Assembly (NCBI RefSeq): GCF_964204645.1
Contig: NC_134026.1
Location: forward strand, 4,611,950-4,675,949
Reading direction: 5' to 3'
Length of the DNA: 64,000 nucleotides
Source: Tubulanus polymorphus
Taxonomy: Eukaryota > Animalia > Nemertea
Shown: positions 1 through 12,649 of the stretch, in pieces
Numbering within the stretch: the stretch's first letter is position 1
Layout: each line of letters opens with the position of its first letter
Notes under the pieces: model-generated
Databases searched by the model: none
What the model saw: only the letters and a program-made list of their open reading frames with translations
What the model was told of the DNA's origin: nothing
Made by a program: the position numbers and the translations under genes

Positions 1-102
1 GTTTGGGGGGTGAACTGTAGCTTAGATCATCCAGTATCCCTGGTCCTATATATATAAGGACCAGGGATACTGGATGATCTAAGCTACAGTTCACCCCCAA
101 AC
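1..102. repeat. Long foldback palindrome (MITE-like), possibly truncated by the window start
   Basis: 1-47 (gtttggggggtgaactgtagcttagatcatccagtatccctggtcct) is the reverse complement of 57-102 apart from a 1-nt indel in the G/C run; spacer is atatatata. Confidence 0.85.
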
Positions 103-896
103 TTATGATACGAGCCCTGTGAATGTGATTTGGGATCCGATTTAGAGAACGTCGACCAACAATAACATCACGAAACGTCTTAAATTTTAACCAATTAAAT
201 GCTCATGATACAATAACGTGTGAATGAACTACCTAAATAATCAATATTGCAGAGATCATTGAGTCAAATCGGTTGTTTTTGGCAAGAATATCGTTCGGTA
301 TCATTATTTTTCGGCTAGAGAAGATTTCATACATTTAAAATAGCCCCCTCTCATCCCAAGGTCGTCGAGTCTCTAGCGTAACGCATTCCGCATTCCAGTT
401 CCGTGTTTTACCGTTTACTCAACCACTGACAACTGTCAGTCAGCACTTAACAGTGCAGTGGACGCGGTTGGTTGGCTAACGTGTTGCTGGATGAGCTTGT
501 AATTGATCTGGCCGTGTTTTGACTAAGTGAGTGGTTTGTTTGAAATAGCTGAGAGCGGGTAATGCTGCTGGCATCGATATCCTGAACCGGTTGTGTGGAT
601 TTAAAGGTGTTGTTTTAAATTATATGTTGATGATTGTTGGATGCTGTGCCTGTTGTGCATACGAGTTTACGGATACAATCATCATGACATTCATGTGGTG
701 TAGGTAGGTAAACTTTCAAAACACAATTAACTTGAAAAGTTGACTTTCAATTTTTGACCCAATGTAGGTGAGTAGGTGATAAGAAGATTTCATTTGCATT
801 GCAATATTACCATGATTACGAATAGGCAGGCATAGGCATAGACCTACTATGACTATGAGCTTTCGCTACATACACAGCTATGTACTACATCTCTAG

Positions 897-936
897 GCAG
901 GGATTTGAACCTGATGGCATCACTAACCTCGGCCAT
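897..936 (-). mobile_element. Possible tRNA-derived SINE head relic
   Basis: Minus strand reads atggccgaggtt...ggttcaaatccctgc: A-box-like TGGCCGAGG and B-box GGTTCAAATCC, too closely spaced and lacking a cloverleaf for a real tRNA. Confidence 0.35.
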
Positions 937-1146
937 GACATGAAACCCTGCCACACTAGATGGGGTGCGCAGGTTCGCCGCACAAAAACTTAAGGCGCAA
1001 ATCAGATTGCCATAATCGCTGAGCAAATTTCACGGATAAAGTATAAATTAAAAAATCCAGGCTAAGATGAAACCAAATTTCTGATTTGCTTATAATGACA
1101 CCATAATCTAAACTGTGCATGTACCTGGGCATGTACCTTTTTTAGC

Positions 1147-2009
1147 CAGAGATGCTAGTTTTCCGGAAATATCCGGAATTCCGGAAATTTAGGATCGCCG
1201 ATGTCAATTCCGGAAATTGGGTGAGAATTCCTCGCGGCGACCAGTAATGGCACGGACCGTAAAAGCGTTCATTTGCTTGTACTCGTCGTCGCTTCTGTGT
1301 TATCTTATCTTGGTCTCTGTTTCCGAGGACATTCTGCTACAATGTATATATGTGTGCTTGTTGTGGTATCTGTGCGTGCGTAGGCGTAGCGCCACTGTTG
1401 TGACGCCATTTCCAATTAAAGTCAATTATCTTTACGCGCCGTTGTACATCGTCCCACTGACGGCCAACAATGTGAAGATGCACGTGGTACTAATTAAGAT
1501 GATATCTAATAAATATCATCTTAATTATTACCACGTGCGTGCTATGTCCTGAGGCACACAGCTTTGAAACTTTCTTTTTGCCTGCAGCTGTCAAGCGGGA
1601 CGGTCTGCAAAATGAGCCCGCACGGAAAGATTGTCAGTCGGGAGTCGGCCGATATAAAGGCAATTGACAGCGGTATAAAAAATAAATTTAACTGGCACTG
1701 GCTAGAGTGTAAGGACAGTAACGGGGACTACTTATCGAACTACATTCGTAAGTTAGACTTAGCTGGCGTGGTGTATTGCGTCGTTTGTAAAGACCAGGTC
1801 AAATACGGTAGTGGCTGGAAAAAAGATATTCTTCGTCACCCGGATAGCGCGCGGCATAAGCAGCGAGGGATGTGAAGCACAACCAATGCCTGCCGTCGTA
1901 TTTTCAGATACCCAGATCGCTCTAGAACGCATTTCCGGCGATGCAAAAAACGCAAAAAGACCCCGGTTCTGAATTCCGGAATTTTGGTACTTTGGCCCTA
2001 GCATCTCTG
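1147..2009 (+). mobile_element. Non-autonomous, internally deleted hAT-like DNA transposon
   Basis: Perfect 12-bp TIRs CAGAGATGCTAG (1147-1158) / CTAGCATCTCTG (1998-2009); flanking direct repeat TTTAGC (1141-1146, 2010-2015); subterminal TTCCGGAA palindromes at both ends; internal transposase N-terminal fragment. Confidence 0.85.
1612..1875 (+). pseudogene. Truncated transposase N-terminus with BED/TTF-like zinc finger (87 aa)
   Basis: MSPHGK...KNKFNWHWLE...YCVVCKDQVKYGSGWKKDILRHPDSARHK (CxxC...HxxxxxH) inside the TIR element; no catalytic domain follows. Confidence 0.7.
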
Positions 2010-3166
2010 TTTAGCTGACCACAATCTGTTAACGTAAAATGTTAATGTTAATGTAAATGCATCCAAGCACAATGTCTGGTGTTTGGTGGGCCTCCCCAAA
2101 AAAACTTTTTGAAAATTGGAGGCTTTAGAGACATTTTCCAGGCTCTAAATGAATCATTTAGAGGTAAAAGACTAGTCAAATTGGCAAGAAAAATCTTGAA
2201 CATTGATTACATAAACTTGAGAAGTTAGCTATTGGGTATTGATTAACCACTTTCCAGTTTTTCCCCCTTGCTATAATTCAAGTGTGTTCAGGTGTCTACA
2301 AACTGGCTCGGACTTCTTGTTACTTAGGCCAACAGGATTTGATAGTTTTACACGTACCAGCACGTCCACTCCGATCAAGGGCTGGCAATCTTTTATCCCC
2401 ACAACAGATCTTGCTTCTAGGCCTAATCTATTGCCTCATCTTTGAGGAACTCTTTGGATTCGGAGATTTGGAAAATTGAACAGAACAGATCTGAACAGAT
2501 TTGAACACTGTCTGAAACACCTGCTTTTCTGTAAAGCCGGACTGTAGATGTAGTTTTTTCACTAACCGCAAAGCGCTGGTTTTAAAATGAAACAGGCGCT
2601 ATACAAATTTACAGATTACTATTATAGATAGGAAATCTATATTTGTAGTAGGCTACTAGATGTGCTGTGTGTTTTTACTTTGCCTCACTATTTATATAGA
2701 TAACAATGCAGAGGCCTATTTCTTATTATAATAAAGCCAGCTGCCGTGCTTTTTGTATCAATTAAGTATACCTGTATTGCAAACTATATCGCTTCATAGT
2801 TTGATAATCATACAGTGCTTTTGCGTATTAATCCCGTCCATGAGTTCTTATCTGAAATAATTAATTAACAGCTGGGACGTACCTACGCAGAACTGGTTGA
2901 TAATCGCATGCTTGAATTTCCATTGGAATAATGATCATTGGAATTCAACTTTTCCCACAAGCATCATTAAATGATGTTTTATCCTGGGCTCATTATTGAG
3001 ATCCAGTGTGTTACGGAACCTTTTAACGCATCGCAGTAAATTTCAAACTGAGTGATATATGGCTTAGTGTCATAAAATCTAACCCCATCATTTAATCGCC
3101 ATGGTATGTGCTTGCATTGCATCCAGTTGTTGACTTTCTTTCGCTGGATTCTATTATTTAAGTTTA

Positions 3167-3549
3167 TAAGGTGGCCACTTACCTGGAAATTAGGAAAAAG
3201 TGGGGGAAATTTATTTTTTTTTGCGTTAAGTTAGCCAATAGTTGGGAAATTTTGTAAAAAAAAAGAATAAAGATCTGTTGCTCAAAAGTTTTTTACAGTT
3301 AACCAGTGGATAGTTGACAAAGTGACAGTTACAATTTCATTGTTACTATGGTATCTATCCACTGGTTATCTTTAACCAACTTTGAGTATGTTGAGATTGC
3401 TAGATCGCGCATATAATCAAACGTTTTCCATCTATGTTTTCTGTATTTGATTGTGTTAATTGATTGGATTCTAAGCAGATCGAGTCAGGGTACATGTCAG
3501 GGAATAGCCGGGGAAAATTAAATAATGGCAAGTATAAGTGGCCATCCCG
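3167..3549. mobile_element. Degenerate MITE with nested foldback
   Basis: Ends aggtggccactta / taagtggccatcc are imperfect inverted repeats; internal hairpin aaccagtggatag (3301-3313) / ctatccactggtt (3355-3367). Confidence 0.5.
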
Positions 3550-3965
3550 ATTTGGTATTTAGCGTCAAATTCTCGAAAGCCTGTTTACTAGCCTACATAC
3601 ATGTAGAGGCCTACAAATGTAAGATATCACAGTGCAGAAACCATTAAACAACCAATGAATTATCAATTGCAAAAGTAAAATGTTTTTGCTGTGGGATCAT
3701 GTAAAAGTTTAGCAGATACTCGATATGAAAAATTGAGTTGAACTTTATTTTATGAATCAAAATTCCATTTCTGTTATCATTTCATACAGCTGCGCGGAAA
3801 ATATTTCGCGCTTATCAACGCTTTTGTCGCGCACGCAGCTGTTTCGATTATATGAAATTATTGATCTATTTTCGAACCATTCTCTATTTGCAGGTGATGT
3901 GCTCTAACGACGGCACCGAGTTCTAGATATTTAACCCGATTTCCTTGAGTACCGAAGGCGACGAA

Positions 3966-4985
3966 ATGGATTTAGTTTTGCTGAAAGTCATATTCCTGAT
4001 CTCGATTTACGTGATATGCGTATTTTGCTGCTGTCTGCCGCTGAAAATCATTCCGAAAAATCGCGCCGAATACGTCGACAAACGTTCGAAAAAGATTCTG
4101 AGCTATTGCAACTGTTTCGCCGGCGGGGTGTTCCTCGGCGTCTGCTTCATCGGTTTGATTCCGGCCTTGACGCACAAGTTCACCGAGGTGCTCGAAACGA
4201 ACGCGATCGACGTTCACTACCCGGTCTCCGAGTTGACGGTCGTGTTCGGATTTTTCGTGATCGTCTTCGTCGAGCAGTTGATCATGGCGTGTCAGGAGAA
4301 ACGAGCGAATCACCGCGGCGAATTCGCCGTCGTCGAAATGAACTCGCTGCCGGTGAAAGATAACGACGCGAACGGCGGCACCGCCGAGACTAGTTACACG
4401 GATATGCCGCCGAGCGACGAAGACCTGGCCGTTTTCTCGCAAGAGGAGCACCCGCTCGCAAATAAGTCGGCGCCCGAACGCGATAATAACCACGGTCACT
4501 GCCACGACGTCGCCGGAATCGGCGTCGATTCCGAATCGTCCGTGCGTAGTTATATACTACTGCTCGCGTTGAGCGTACATTCCGTATTCGAGGGTATGGC
4601 GTTAGGTTTACAGGAGGACGCGGCGAAAACGATCAATTTATTCATCGCCGTCGTCATCCACGAGAGCCTCGTGTTTTTCGCGATGGGCGTCAGCATCGCG
4701 AAGATAAACGTGTCGTTGAAAGCGGCCGTGCAGTTGTCGTTAGTGCTGTCGTTGATGATCCCGGCCGGCGTCGGGCTGGGCATCGGCGTCGGTAACGTCG
4801 AAGGGTTCGCCGGCGGGCTCTCGTCGGCGATATTACAAGCGATTGCGGCCGGCACGTTCATATACGTCATCTTCCTGGAAGTTTTACCGAACGAAATCGG
4901 ACATCATAATCGAGATATCATTAAGTTAGTTCTAGTTTTCGTCGGGTTTCTGCTGATCGCCGGACTACAATACATTCATGTATAG
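3966..4985 (+). CDS. ZIP (SLC39) zinc transporter, ZIP1/ZIP3-like, single coding exon
   Basis: Multi-pass hydrophobic protein with CNCFAGGVFLG, YPVSEL, His loop HGHCH, TM4 LALSVHSVFEGMALG, TM5 VVIHESL and AAGTFIYVIFLE. First ATG at 3966 (ORF track starts at a TTG); splice acceptor tttgcag ends 3893, so a 5' UTR exon lies upstream. Confidence 0.93.
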   Translation: MDLVLLKVIFLISIYVICVFCCCLPLKIIPKNRAEYVDKRSKKILSYCNCFAGGVFLGVCFIGLIPALTHKFTEVLETNAIDVHYPVSELTVVFGFFVIVFVEQLIMACQEKRANHRGEFAVVEMNSLPVKDNDANGGTAETSYTDMPPSDEDLAVFSQEEHPLANKSAPERDNNHGHCHDVAGIGVDSESSVRSYILLLALSVHSVFEGMALGLQEDAAKTINLFIAVVIHESLVFFAMGVSIAKINVSLKAAVQLSLVLSLMIPAGVGLGIGVGNVEGFAGGLSSAILQAIAAGTFIYVIFLEVLPNEIGHHNRDIIKLVLVFVGFLLIAGLQYIHV

Positions 4986-7900
4986 ATAGATAGATAGATC
5001 GACTTTTTATATCTGATATCAACCTGCTGGACTCGGATCCATAATTCTGACGTTTAGCATATGCATTTTTTTAAAGAAAAACAAGGGAAGGGCGATGGAA
5101 AATAAAAGGAAAAGTATAAAAAAAGACATTCTGTTGAAGGCGTTTTGAAATGGAAGGGAACAGGGGAAAATAATTCTTTTACATTATTCCAGTGTTTCCG
5201 CATAAAATCTTGGATGGACTTGTCAAAATTCTGTTGACTTGAATTTAAATGATGGGAAAGATGAAGAAAACTGACATTTGATAATATCTAGAATGGAAAT
5301 TAAGATGGAAAAATTAAGAAAATAAAACGAAATTTTTTTGGTCTATAACACGGCGGCGGACCAAGAAAATATTTTTGATGATTTTTTTGCCAGAATTCTG
5401 CACCCCAGAACTGTGCTCAGAGTGATTTAAAAAAAATGCTCTAGAGTCAGATCTGACTCGGTACTATGGAACTAGGTCCTGGGATTTATGTATTGCGGCA
5501 ATGCAACATTTTTCGACGACCCTCGAGTCGTCAATCGATCTTGCGAAGACTAGTTTTCCACTCGTGACAAAGTATGTCAATTAATTAATTGTTCATATCT
5601 CAGTTATTGCTGATATATACCACATATATATGATAATGTGTTAAGGTTGAATTACAGGGTTGTTGATAGAAATGCGTCATTAACACTTAAAACTGTAAAT
5701 GGAGTGTTGGCCGTGTGATTCTAATTCAATTTTCGGCGTACTACGGTAATTTTTCATAATTCTTTCAAACGGTCGCTCGTTATAATCTCTTTGATTTCCC
5801 AAGTTTCACATCAAGTTCAATGCGAATTCGTGTTTTCATTGCTAAGTCGAACTGCGAAGGGATTTTAACGTTCATTGCTATTAGATTTGCGATGTTTAAT
5901 TCAATGAATTCGCTATTAGAATGTCAGAATGTCATTTCTAAATGATTTTTCGGTAGATCGTCATTTCAGCGAGATTAATATAATTTGTTTAATTGATAGC
6001 CATTGTAAATATGAAGTTTATCGCAAAAGGATATGCACGAAGAAACGATTTTAACGAAGAACTGATTTATTCAAAAATAGTGTATAGTTTTATACATGGG
6101 CTTTTATGAAAAAATACCTCCTAAATTCAATTATAAACCCAGCCTATACTATCGATCAGTGATTTAATCGATGTTTTCTATGTTAGGAGTCAAAATGAAA
6201 ATGTATGAGAGAGATATAAAGATAACAGAGGCGACTGATGCAGAGCGTGATGAAAAGATATTTCTAATATGAATATTATCGGACGCAGCTGTTCTCATAC
6301 ACACAGGGAGTTCTGTCTGCTGCAGTCGCTCTTCTTACGAGATCTGTTATTAACGCGGATACTCTGTAGGCCAGTAGAATATTACGGCCCGTCGTAGATG
6401 AAATGACCCTACGACTTAATCTCGCAATACGTGCTGATTAATTTGGGTTCTCCGCTTTTTTTCCCTCGTGGACCTATAAATCTATTTCGTATGCCTGTAC
6501 TCTTCTCCCGAGGTAGCGATTGAAGTGACAACCTTGTTATAATATGCATGCGTGTATGCCAACATTTTTGTAGTGGACAATGAATAAATGGGTTTTTTTG
6601 TTGACGGCCATTTTTGTGGACACCAAAATTGCATCTTTAAGACCCTTATAGAGACTATTTAGGGTGTTGATTTTTTGCTGTTAGATCAAACAAAATAACT
6701 ATGAAATTTGATCAAATCGTCCATACACAATAATACATCAGAATACTTTATGCAAAATGGGAAGCAGGCCAGACAAAAATTCAACAATTGTCAGTTTAAA
6801 ATATTTTCTCTGAGCTATATCTGTGTTATGTATCGGAGCGTAATACAGTATATATATTTTCTCAGAGAGGTAGATTGATATTTGATGCAATAGTGTTGAG
6901 GTTCATTCTAGACACAATAGTGTTCGATGTTAGATGTATTCGGATGCAGGCTATTATGTGCTCCATTTCTTAAGAAGAAATACCGTACAAGTATCATTGA
7001 GAATTTTCTGCGATAGGCCTATTTCTTTCATCATTGTAATATTGATATTAAAATTTTTTTAGAGTAAAATCGACGTTGTTGGTTGTTATGTACGGTATAT
7101 ACTTGGTAACACTTTCCTTTCGGATCTACTGATCCCTGCTTACATCATGTACACGTACTTAAAACTTATACAATCTCAAGTTTCAATTCTAGTGTCTTAA
7201 CGTTCATATTCTGGTCGCCCTTAATCTGCTCAACAGAACTACATGTACCTGTATTTTGGTAAACGTTTATCATTCATCCATTCATTCATTTTTTGTAATC
7301 AATATATTTATTTCTATCAGTTTAAGTACCAGTTTTGTCGGCATTACGCAATTTTGCTCTTGGGTAAACAATGCTTGAATAGTTGCTGGTTAGCAATAAT
7401 GTTCGCAATTAGAATCATTATAATTTTCTAACTGGTTTGTTGAGTGATGATACAATTGTGAATGTGCTATATCTGTTGTCTGTAATACCCGGTATGCTAC
7501 TACGACAATACTTCGTATGTAGATATTTTCTATGCTGTGAGCATAATTTTTCCCTCGATGTACGGAAAAGCGCTGTAAATTGGTGCATATCATATATAAC
7601 CAAATTTTTTTATTACAGATATATTCATATATGAATGTTATTGTACATTATGTCAAACAAGTGTACAGTTTTTCTCTATGTATTAATGGTTCAAGGTAAT
7701 GTTCCAATTCTTGCTTGATTGTATATTAATGCTGAAGATGTTTACATTTATAGAAAAACCAGTAAATAAAAAACTTTTCGATCTTTAATTTCTTTTCATG
7801 CGGGTTGATTGTTCATTTTATGGTCTAGAAATTCTGTACCTCAGATTTTTGCAGCTGGAAACTAATCGGGAATCCAATATATATACAATATATTCACATC

Positions 7901-8810
7901 ATAATTAATTTATCTGATCAATGGTTGGAATGTCTGGCTCTGAATATTTGTCCTTTGGAAAATTCTACAGCTAAGAACAGTCCATGGAAGAGAGCTAGAC
8001 TTTCCCAGCTGTTGTATTCAGATTGTTGCTTCTTAAGAGACCAGTGTACCTGTGATGTGTATGCACAAATTCTTAGCAGTGAAACTTATGAATCCCAGTA
8101 ACAGAGTCCACAATTGATTATGGATACAATTCCCCAGAAAGAACATAGGCAACCTCAAACAAAAACAACTCGAGAATTTTATGTACAAATAATAATCGTT
8201 TTTTTTTTATTATACCCATTAACAAAATACATTCCTCTGTTTTGTTAACACAGCTGCGTTTCTTTTGATTTTAATGAAATGCAGGTATGTCGTGATATGC
8301 TAATTATAACGCAACACATTATTTATGTAAACACCAAAAAAGCGCAGCAATCATACAAAACGGAGCAGTAATTATTTCACAGCCATCATTAAAGCGGGAT
8401 CTCTACCAATGGGTGATTTGATGCTAAAAAATCTCAATCAGTTGCACTGTTCTCAGGAAATTTGATTCGTAGTTCGTTTTCAATCATGTTAACTGTCGAA
8501 CTGGGCTCTCGGCCCCGTTTCACATAAAAAATTCAAATTTGAGATTAATTAAACTTTTTTTGTGAACCTATCGCTTATATACATTTTTTAAGAAATAAAA
8601 AATTTTCAAGTAAAAACTACAGTAAATTAACACTCCCTTAGCACGATAAGAGCGTAACCCCGCCGTGACTGAGTATTGATATTTGGAATGGACTAGATTT
8701 ACATTCAATCTTTAAAATATGCCAGAGCTCTGACATGCACAACAAATAGAAAATAAGGCTTTGATCTCGAGTCTAAAGGCATGAAAATGTACATCAATGG
8801 AGCACCACAA

Positions 8811-11800
8811 TTATTCGTAATAGACAGCAGCAATGTCATAAAATCCTGTATCACTTTGACAGTTATTCACTTGATTATTGATATGTTTCACAAACTTTAA
8901 CGTATGTTTATCTCTGTAGACCAGCGCTAATGAGTTCTCAGCTGGGTTCACCGTTAACAACTGAAATACGAAGAAGGCGATGATGCGGTAAAATTCATTC
9001 GTAACGACTAAAATTCTCCCTTTTCGGAAACGAATCTAAAGATTTCATGAGTTCAATAGAATCGTAATTACCTCTTCATCTTCCCCTTTAGCGATGTAAG
9101 ATGTAAAGCCACCTGCTTCATCATTCCAAGCTGCAAATGAAAGAATTCCCTCGATAGCTAAAAAGTTTGGCTAAAGATTGTCAACGTTTTTTCTATAGAG
9201 CAAGAAAACAGGGACCGGAAGAGGAATGGATCAGAGACTTACATTTGCAGTTCAAATAGAGAATCAGATCCAGGGCGTATTCAGCTGCTTCCTGATCAGT
9301 ATCGTGTACTAGTGTATAACAGCCTTGTTTCCAACGGCGTGTTTCAACTCGACATCGAGGATTCCTGATACGTATAGATTTCTTCTTCTTCGGTGATTCT
9401 GTAAGTTGTAAGGGGAATATGCTACAGAATCTATTCGATTAGGTTAGTAACAGATCAGACTAATTGATATCTCCAATTGTAGTAGTTTTTTCACAAAAAT
9501 GTTATTTCACGGTAGTTGATTTGAAAATGAACTAGAAATTATTCTGATTTTTACGCTATTTTGATATTTTTGGGAGTAGTTCTGTTCTTAACCGGTAGAA
9601 ACTCTCAAATAGTAGCAGTAGCGGTCAGGTCTGCTATAGAGGGATGAAATTCAGTACCTTTATCTACTTGCATGGATTCTTCTTCAGCAGTTGAAGTAAT
9701 AAGATTGTCTTCTTCTTCTTCTTCGGTTTTCCGACGTTTTATACGCCGCCGTTCTAGTTTACTATCGCTTTCGCTGCCGCTATCCGGCGTCGCCGTCGCG
9801 CATGCGCCTTCCGACTCGGCGCGAGCGTTGTCCTCTTCATCGTCATCGTCGTCAGTATCACAGGGTGCGAATTCGTGCAGTGATAAACCGGTCAGGTTCG
9901 ACAGCACGAGAAACATTGCCTCCGATTGGAAGAATGTTTGACATTGTTTTACTATGTCGGGTATACTGTCTTCTTTCGCTCGACAATAGTTCCTGTGAAA
10001 ATGATTTACCAGTATAGAACACGTTTGGATAGTCGGAGAAAATGCCAAATTTCCTTTTTTAATTATTTTAACCCTTTCTACTCAGTCACACACTTGAATG
10101 GTCCCCTATTGCATTTAGATCTGATTTGAAACGTAAGATCTTGTTCTCACCTTTTATTAGGTGGTCCGAGCTGCTCCCATCTTATAGCTCCCATCTTCAA
10201 GGCTTCGACTAGTTCTGCATATTTTTCCTCCTAAAATGGGAGTAGATTTTTCGAAGTCGAAACGTGAAGAAGAAATACACGTAAAAAAGAAAGGAACTAG
10301 GCGAACTTGCCTTTAAAAAACCCTGTAATTCTATCTCAGACTCTTGTTCGAATTTGTCTTGAATCTGTGCTTGAACTTCCAGATCTAGGTATATAGGACT
10401 AATCCATTCACCGAGTATACTGTCCTGAAAATATATAGGGTCAGGGAAATTGACTAGCATCGAGTAGCGAGTCTACTGCATCCGTAGGTATCAAAATTTC
10501 GAAGAATTTCTCCGGTTTCTTACATCCACTGTTACATAGGGAAAAAATCTTCGAGCAGCTTCCACATACGGAGACGGCCTTTTAATATTCGGCCCGTGAA
10601 ACCAACCATTTACTGATAACCTTGTTTTGTCTTCCGTTAAAACTTCAGCGACCTGTGGAAAGTCGACGACGAAATAACGAATACGTTGACTATATAAACG
10701 TAATACAGTCGACAATGGATGAATGATGATTTACCTGATGGAATGAGACTGGACTGACTTCAAAAAATGCAAATTTATTCCAGGCGGGAAAAATCGATTT
10801 AGCCACGGTACTAGGCTGGCCATTATCTGAACGAAAAAAAGAAATATCAGTTGAGCCATGAACGGAGTTTTTCAGATAGAACTCTCATCTTCACATTACT
10901 TACCATCTACATTAAATAGATCGAGTGCGCCGCCATCTTCTGGCTTCCAAGGTGGCACTAGATATAAAATGAATGCAATACGCCTGCCTTCTAGTTCATC
11001 ATCGTGGCACAATAGAGTATCTACAACAGAAACGTACTCTTAGAGGGCTGCAATATAAAATGAATTGCTCTACAACCAGTTGAATATATATATCTACCTG
11101 TATAGTCATATTTCGAACACGTCATATCAATCTTATCCGATAATGGGATTCCCGTGACCTGTCTCATCCAATTCAACAACTCTGTACTAAACATCTTCCT
11201 AAAAATTCAAAATCAAAATAATCCGGATAGTAGGCCTTCATAGCTAGTTTCTGAGCACGTATCAAATGAGTTACCTTAGAAATTTCACATGAGGTGAAGA
11301 CATCTTTTTTAGGTCCTCAGACTGAAATGAATATTTGGATATTTTCATAATGTTCTCATAAGTTGTAGAATATAGAGAGATATCAGATACAGCCTAGGGA
11401 ATAGAAGCTACCTGTTGAAATTTGTAGAGGTCATTATTCTTTTCGTGGAATATCTGATCCAATAATTCATCTTTCAGACCGTCTAGAAACTGTTCATCAG
11501 CGATGAAATTATCGAGCGTTCCGCACAGGAACGGTTCATCAATGAGACTACCTGTAAACATCAGCAAAAAATACCACAAGTTAAGATAAAGCATCTTTCA
11601 AATAGGCACTCACCCGGAGCTATCCCAATGATTGGTTATTCCTACTTAAATTAGTTATCCCCCTAGTGAATGAAGTGTATTACTAATCGATTAAATTAGG
11701 TCAGATCTGTGATGGTCTTGGAGTGGGACAGCCTGGGTAGGGACGGGTTCACAGGGGGCCTGATACAAAAAGTTTTGAAATTTGACCCCAGTACTGGAGG

Positions 11801-12157
11801 TACTGTATAATAATATTACCAAAATGAATTTTTCACATAGTACCTAGGATACTAATTTGGTTCAAAAACTTTTTGTGTCAGGCCAGGCCCTATATGTGGT
11901 GGACGGGTTGAATAAAACTCACCATTTCCTTGCATAAAATTCCTTCTGTCAGAAAATGCTGAAGCGAACTGATGTCTAAAATCATCTTTCAAGTATTCCA
12001 CGTTTATTTCAGGTAAATGCGAAATTCGAACTTCTTTACTTTTAGCCTTCCCTCCTGTTCTTCGAGTGAGGCCAGTAGGGGGCGCTGCATTTTCTGACAG
12101 TTCACGCACTTTCACCTCTTCTGAAGCCACTTCGACGATAGCAGACTCATCAGTCAT
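8811..12157 (-). CDS. OGFOD1: Prolyl 3-hydroxylase OGFOD1 (2OG-Fe(II) dioxygenase), 13 coding exons, ~584 aa
   Basis: Exons 12157-11923, 11551-11412, 11321-11275, 11198-11098, 11020-10904, 10826-10735, 10652-10524, 10424-10311, 10230-10151, 9992-9658, 9398-9243, 9130-9072, 8960-8811 join in frame. Motifs [87 protein letters not shown]. Confidence 0.93.
11757..11884. mobile_element. Short MITE-like inverted repeat in OGFOD1 intron 1
   Basis: ggcctgatacaaaaagttttgaa (11757-11779) pairs with ttcaaaaactttttgtgtcaggcc (11861-11884). Confidence 0.55.
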
Positions 12158-12649
12158 TGCTCAGATTGCTGTCAACTTCAGATCTTTATTGTTACAGTAA
12201 ATTTCGATTGATTATCTAACGTTGGCGATCGAGAATTGGCAAATTAATGAAAATTTTCCGATTTTTTTCAAGAAAGACAAAAACTGGCGGCCATTTTGCT
12301 CGAAAGTCGCCACTAAACGCTGGATGACATATTCCGAAACCAGAGTCCAGAATTGAATTAATCGATGAAATATCTTTAGATTTGTTTCAAAGTTTTGAAT
12401 GGGAAAATAATGATACGATCGATTGATTTTCAAAGGATAGAAATTTAAGTGTTATTGAAGAAATTTACAATTTTCATATCGTAAAACGGCTTCGAATGTC
12501 GTTAAGTTGTGGAGGTTTCATTTCCGGGTCTGTTTTGTTGGTTTTTGAACTGTATTGTTTGACAGAATTACAGGCTTTTCAGGGGCTTTGTTGTTTGACA
12601 AAAACTGTCAAAGCATTTTTCAGGGAACCGAACACGCGAAACTGTAAAT
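12158..12649. promoter_or_regulatory. Bidirectional promoter region OGFOD1/LSM4
   Basis: Start codons diverge ~490 bp apart; YY1-type motif GGCGGCCATTTTG at 12286-12298 and ETS-like TTTCCGGG near 12521. Confidence 0.65.

Noticed and set aside
897-936. tRNA gene
   Set aside because: A/B boxes too close together and no cloverleaf; at most a SINE relic.
965-971. Metal-response element (TGCGCAC, minus strand) near ZIP
   Set aside because: A single 7-mer, expected by chance; no cluster seen.
3300-3368. Pre-miRNA-like hairpin
   Set aside because: Lies inside a MITE relic; I recognise no known miRNA and have no expression evidence.
3972-4870. Antisense and alternative-frame ORFs over ZIP
   Set aside because: Shadow ORFs of a GC-rich coding exon; no recognisable motifs.
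9658-9860. Acidic/basic insertion in OGFOD1
   Set aside because: A low-complexity insert in the C-terminal domain is also present in other animal OGFOD1 proteins.
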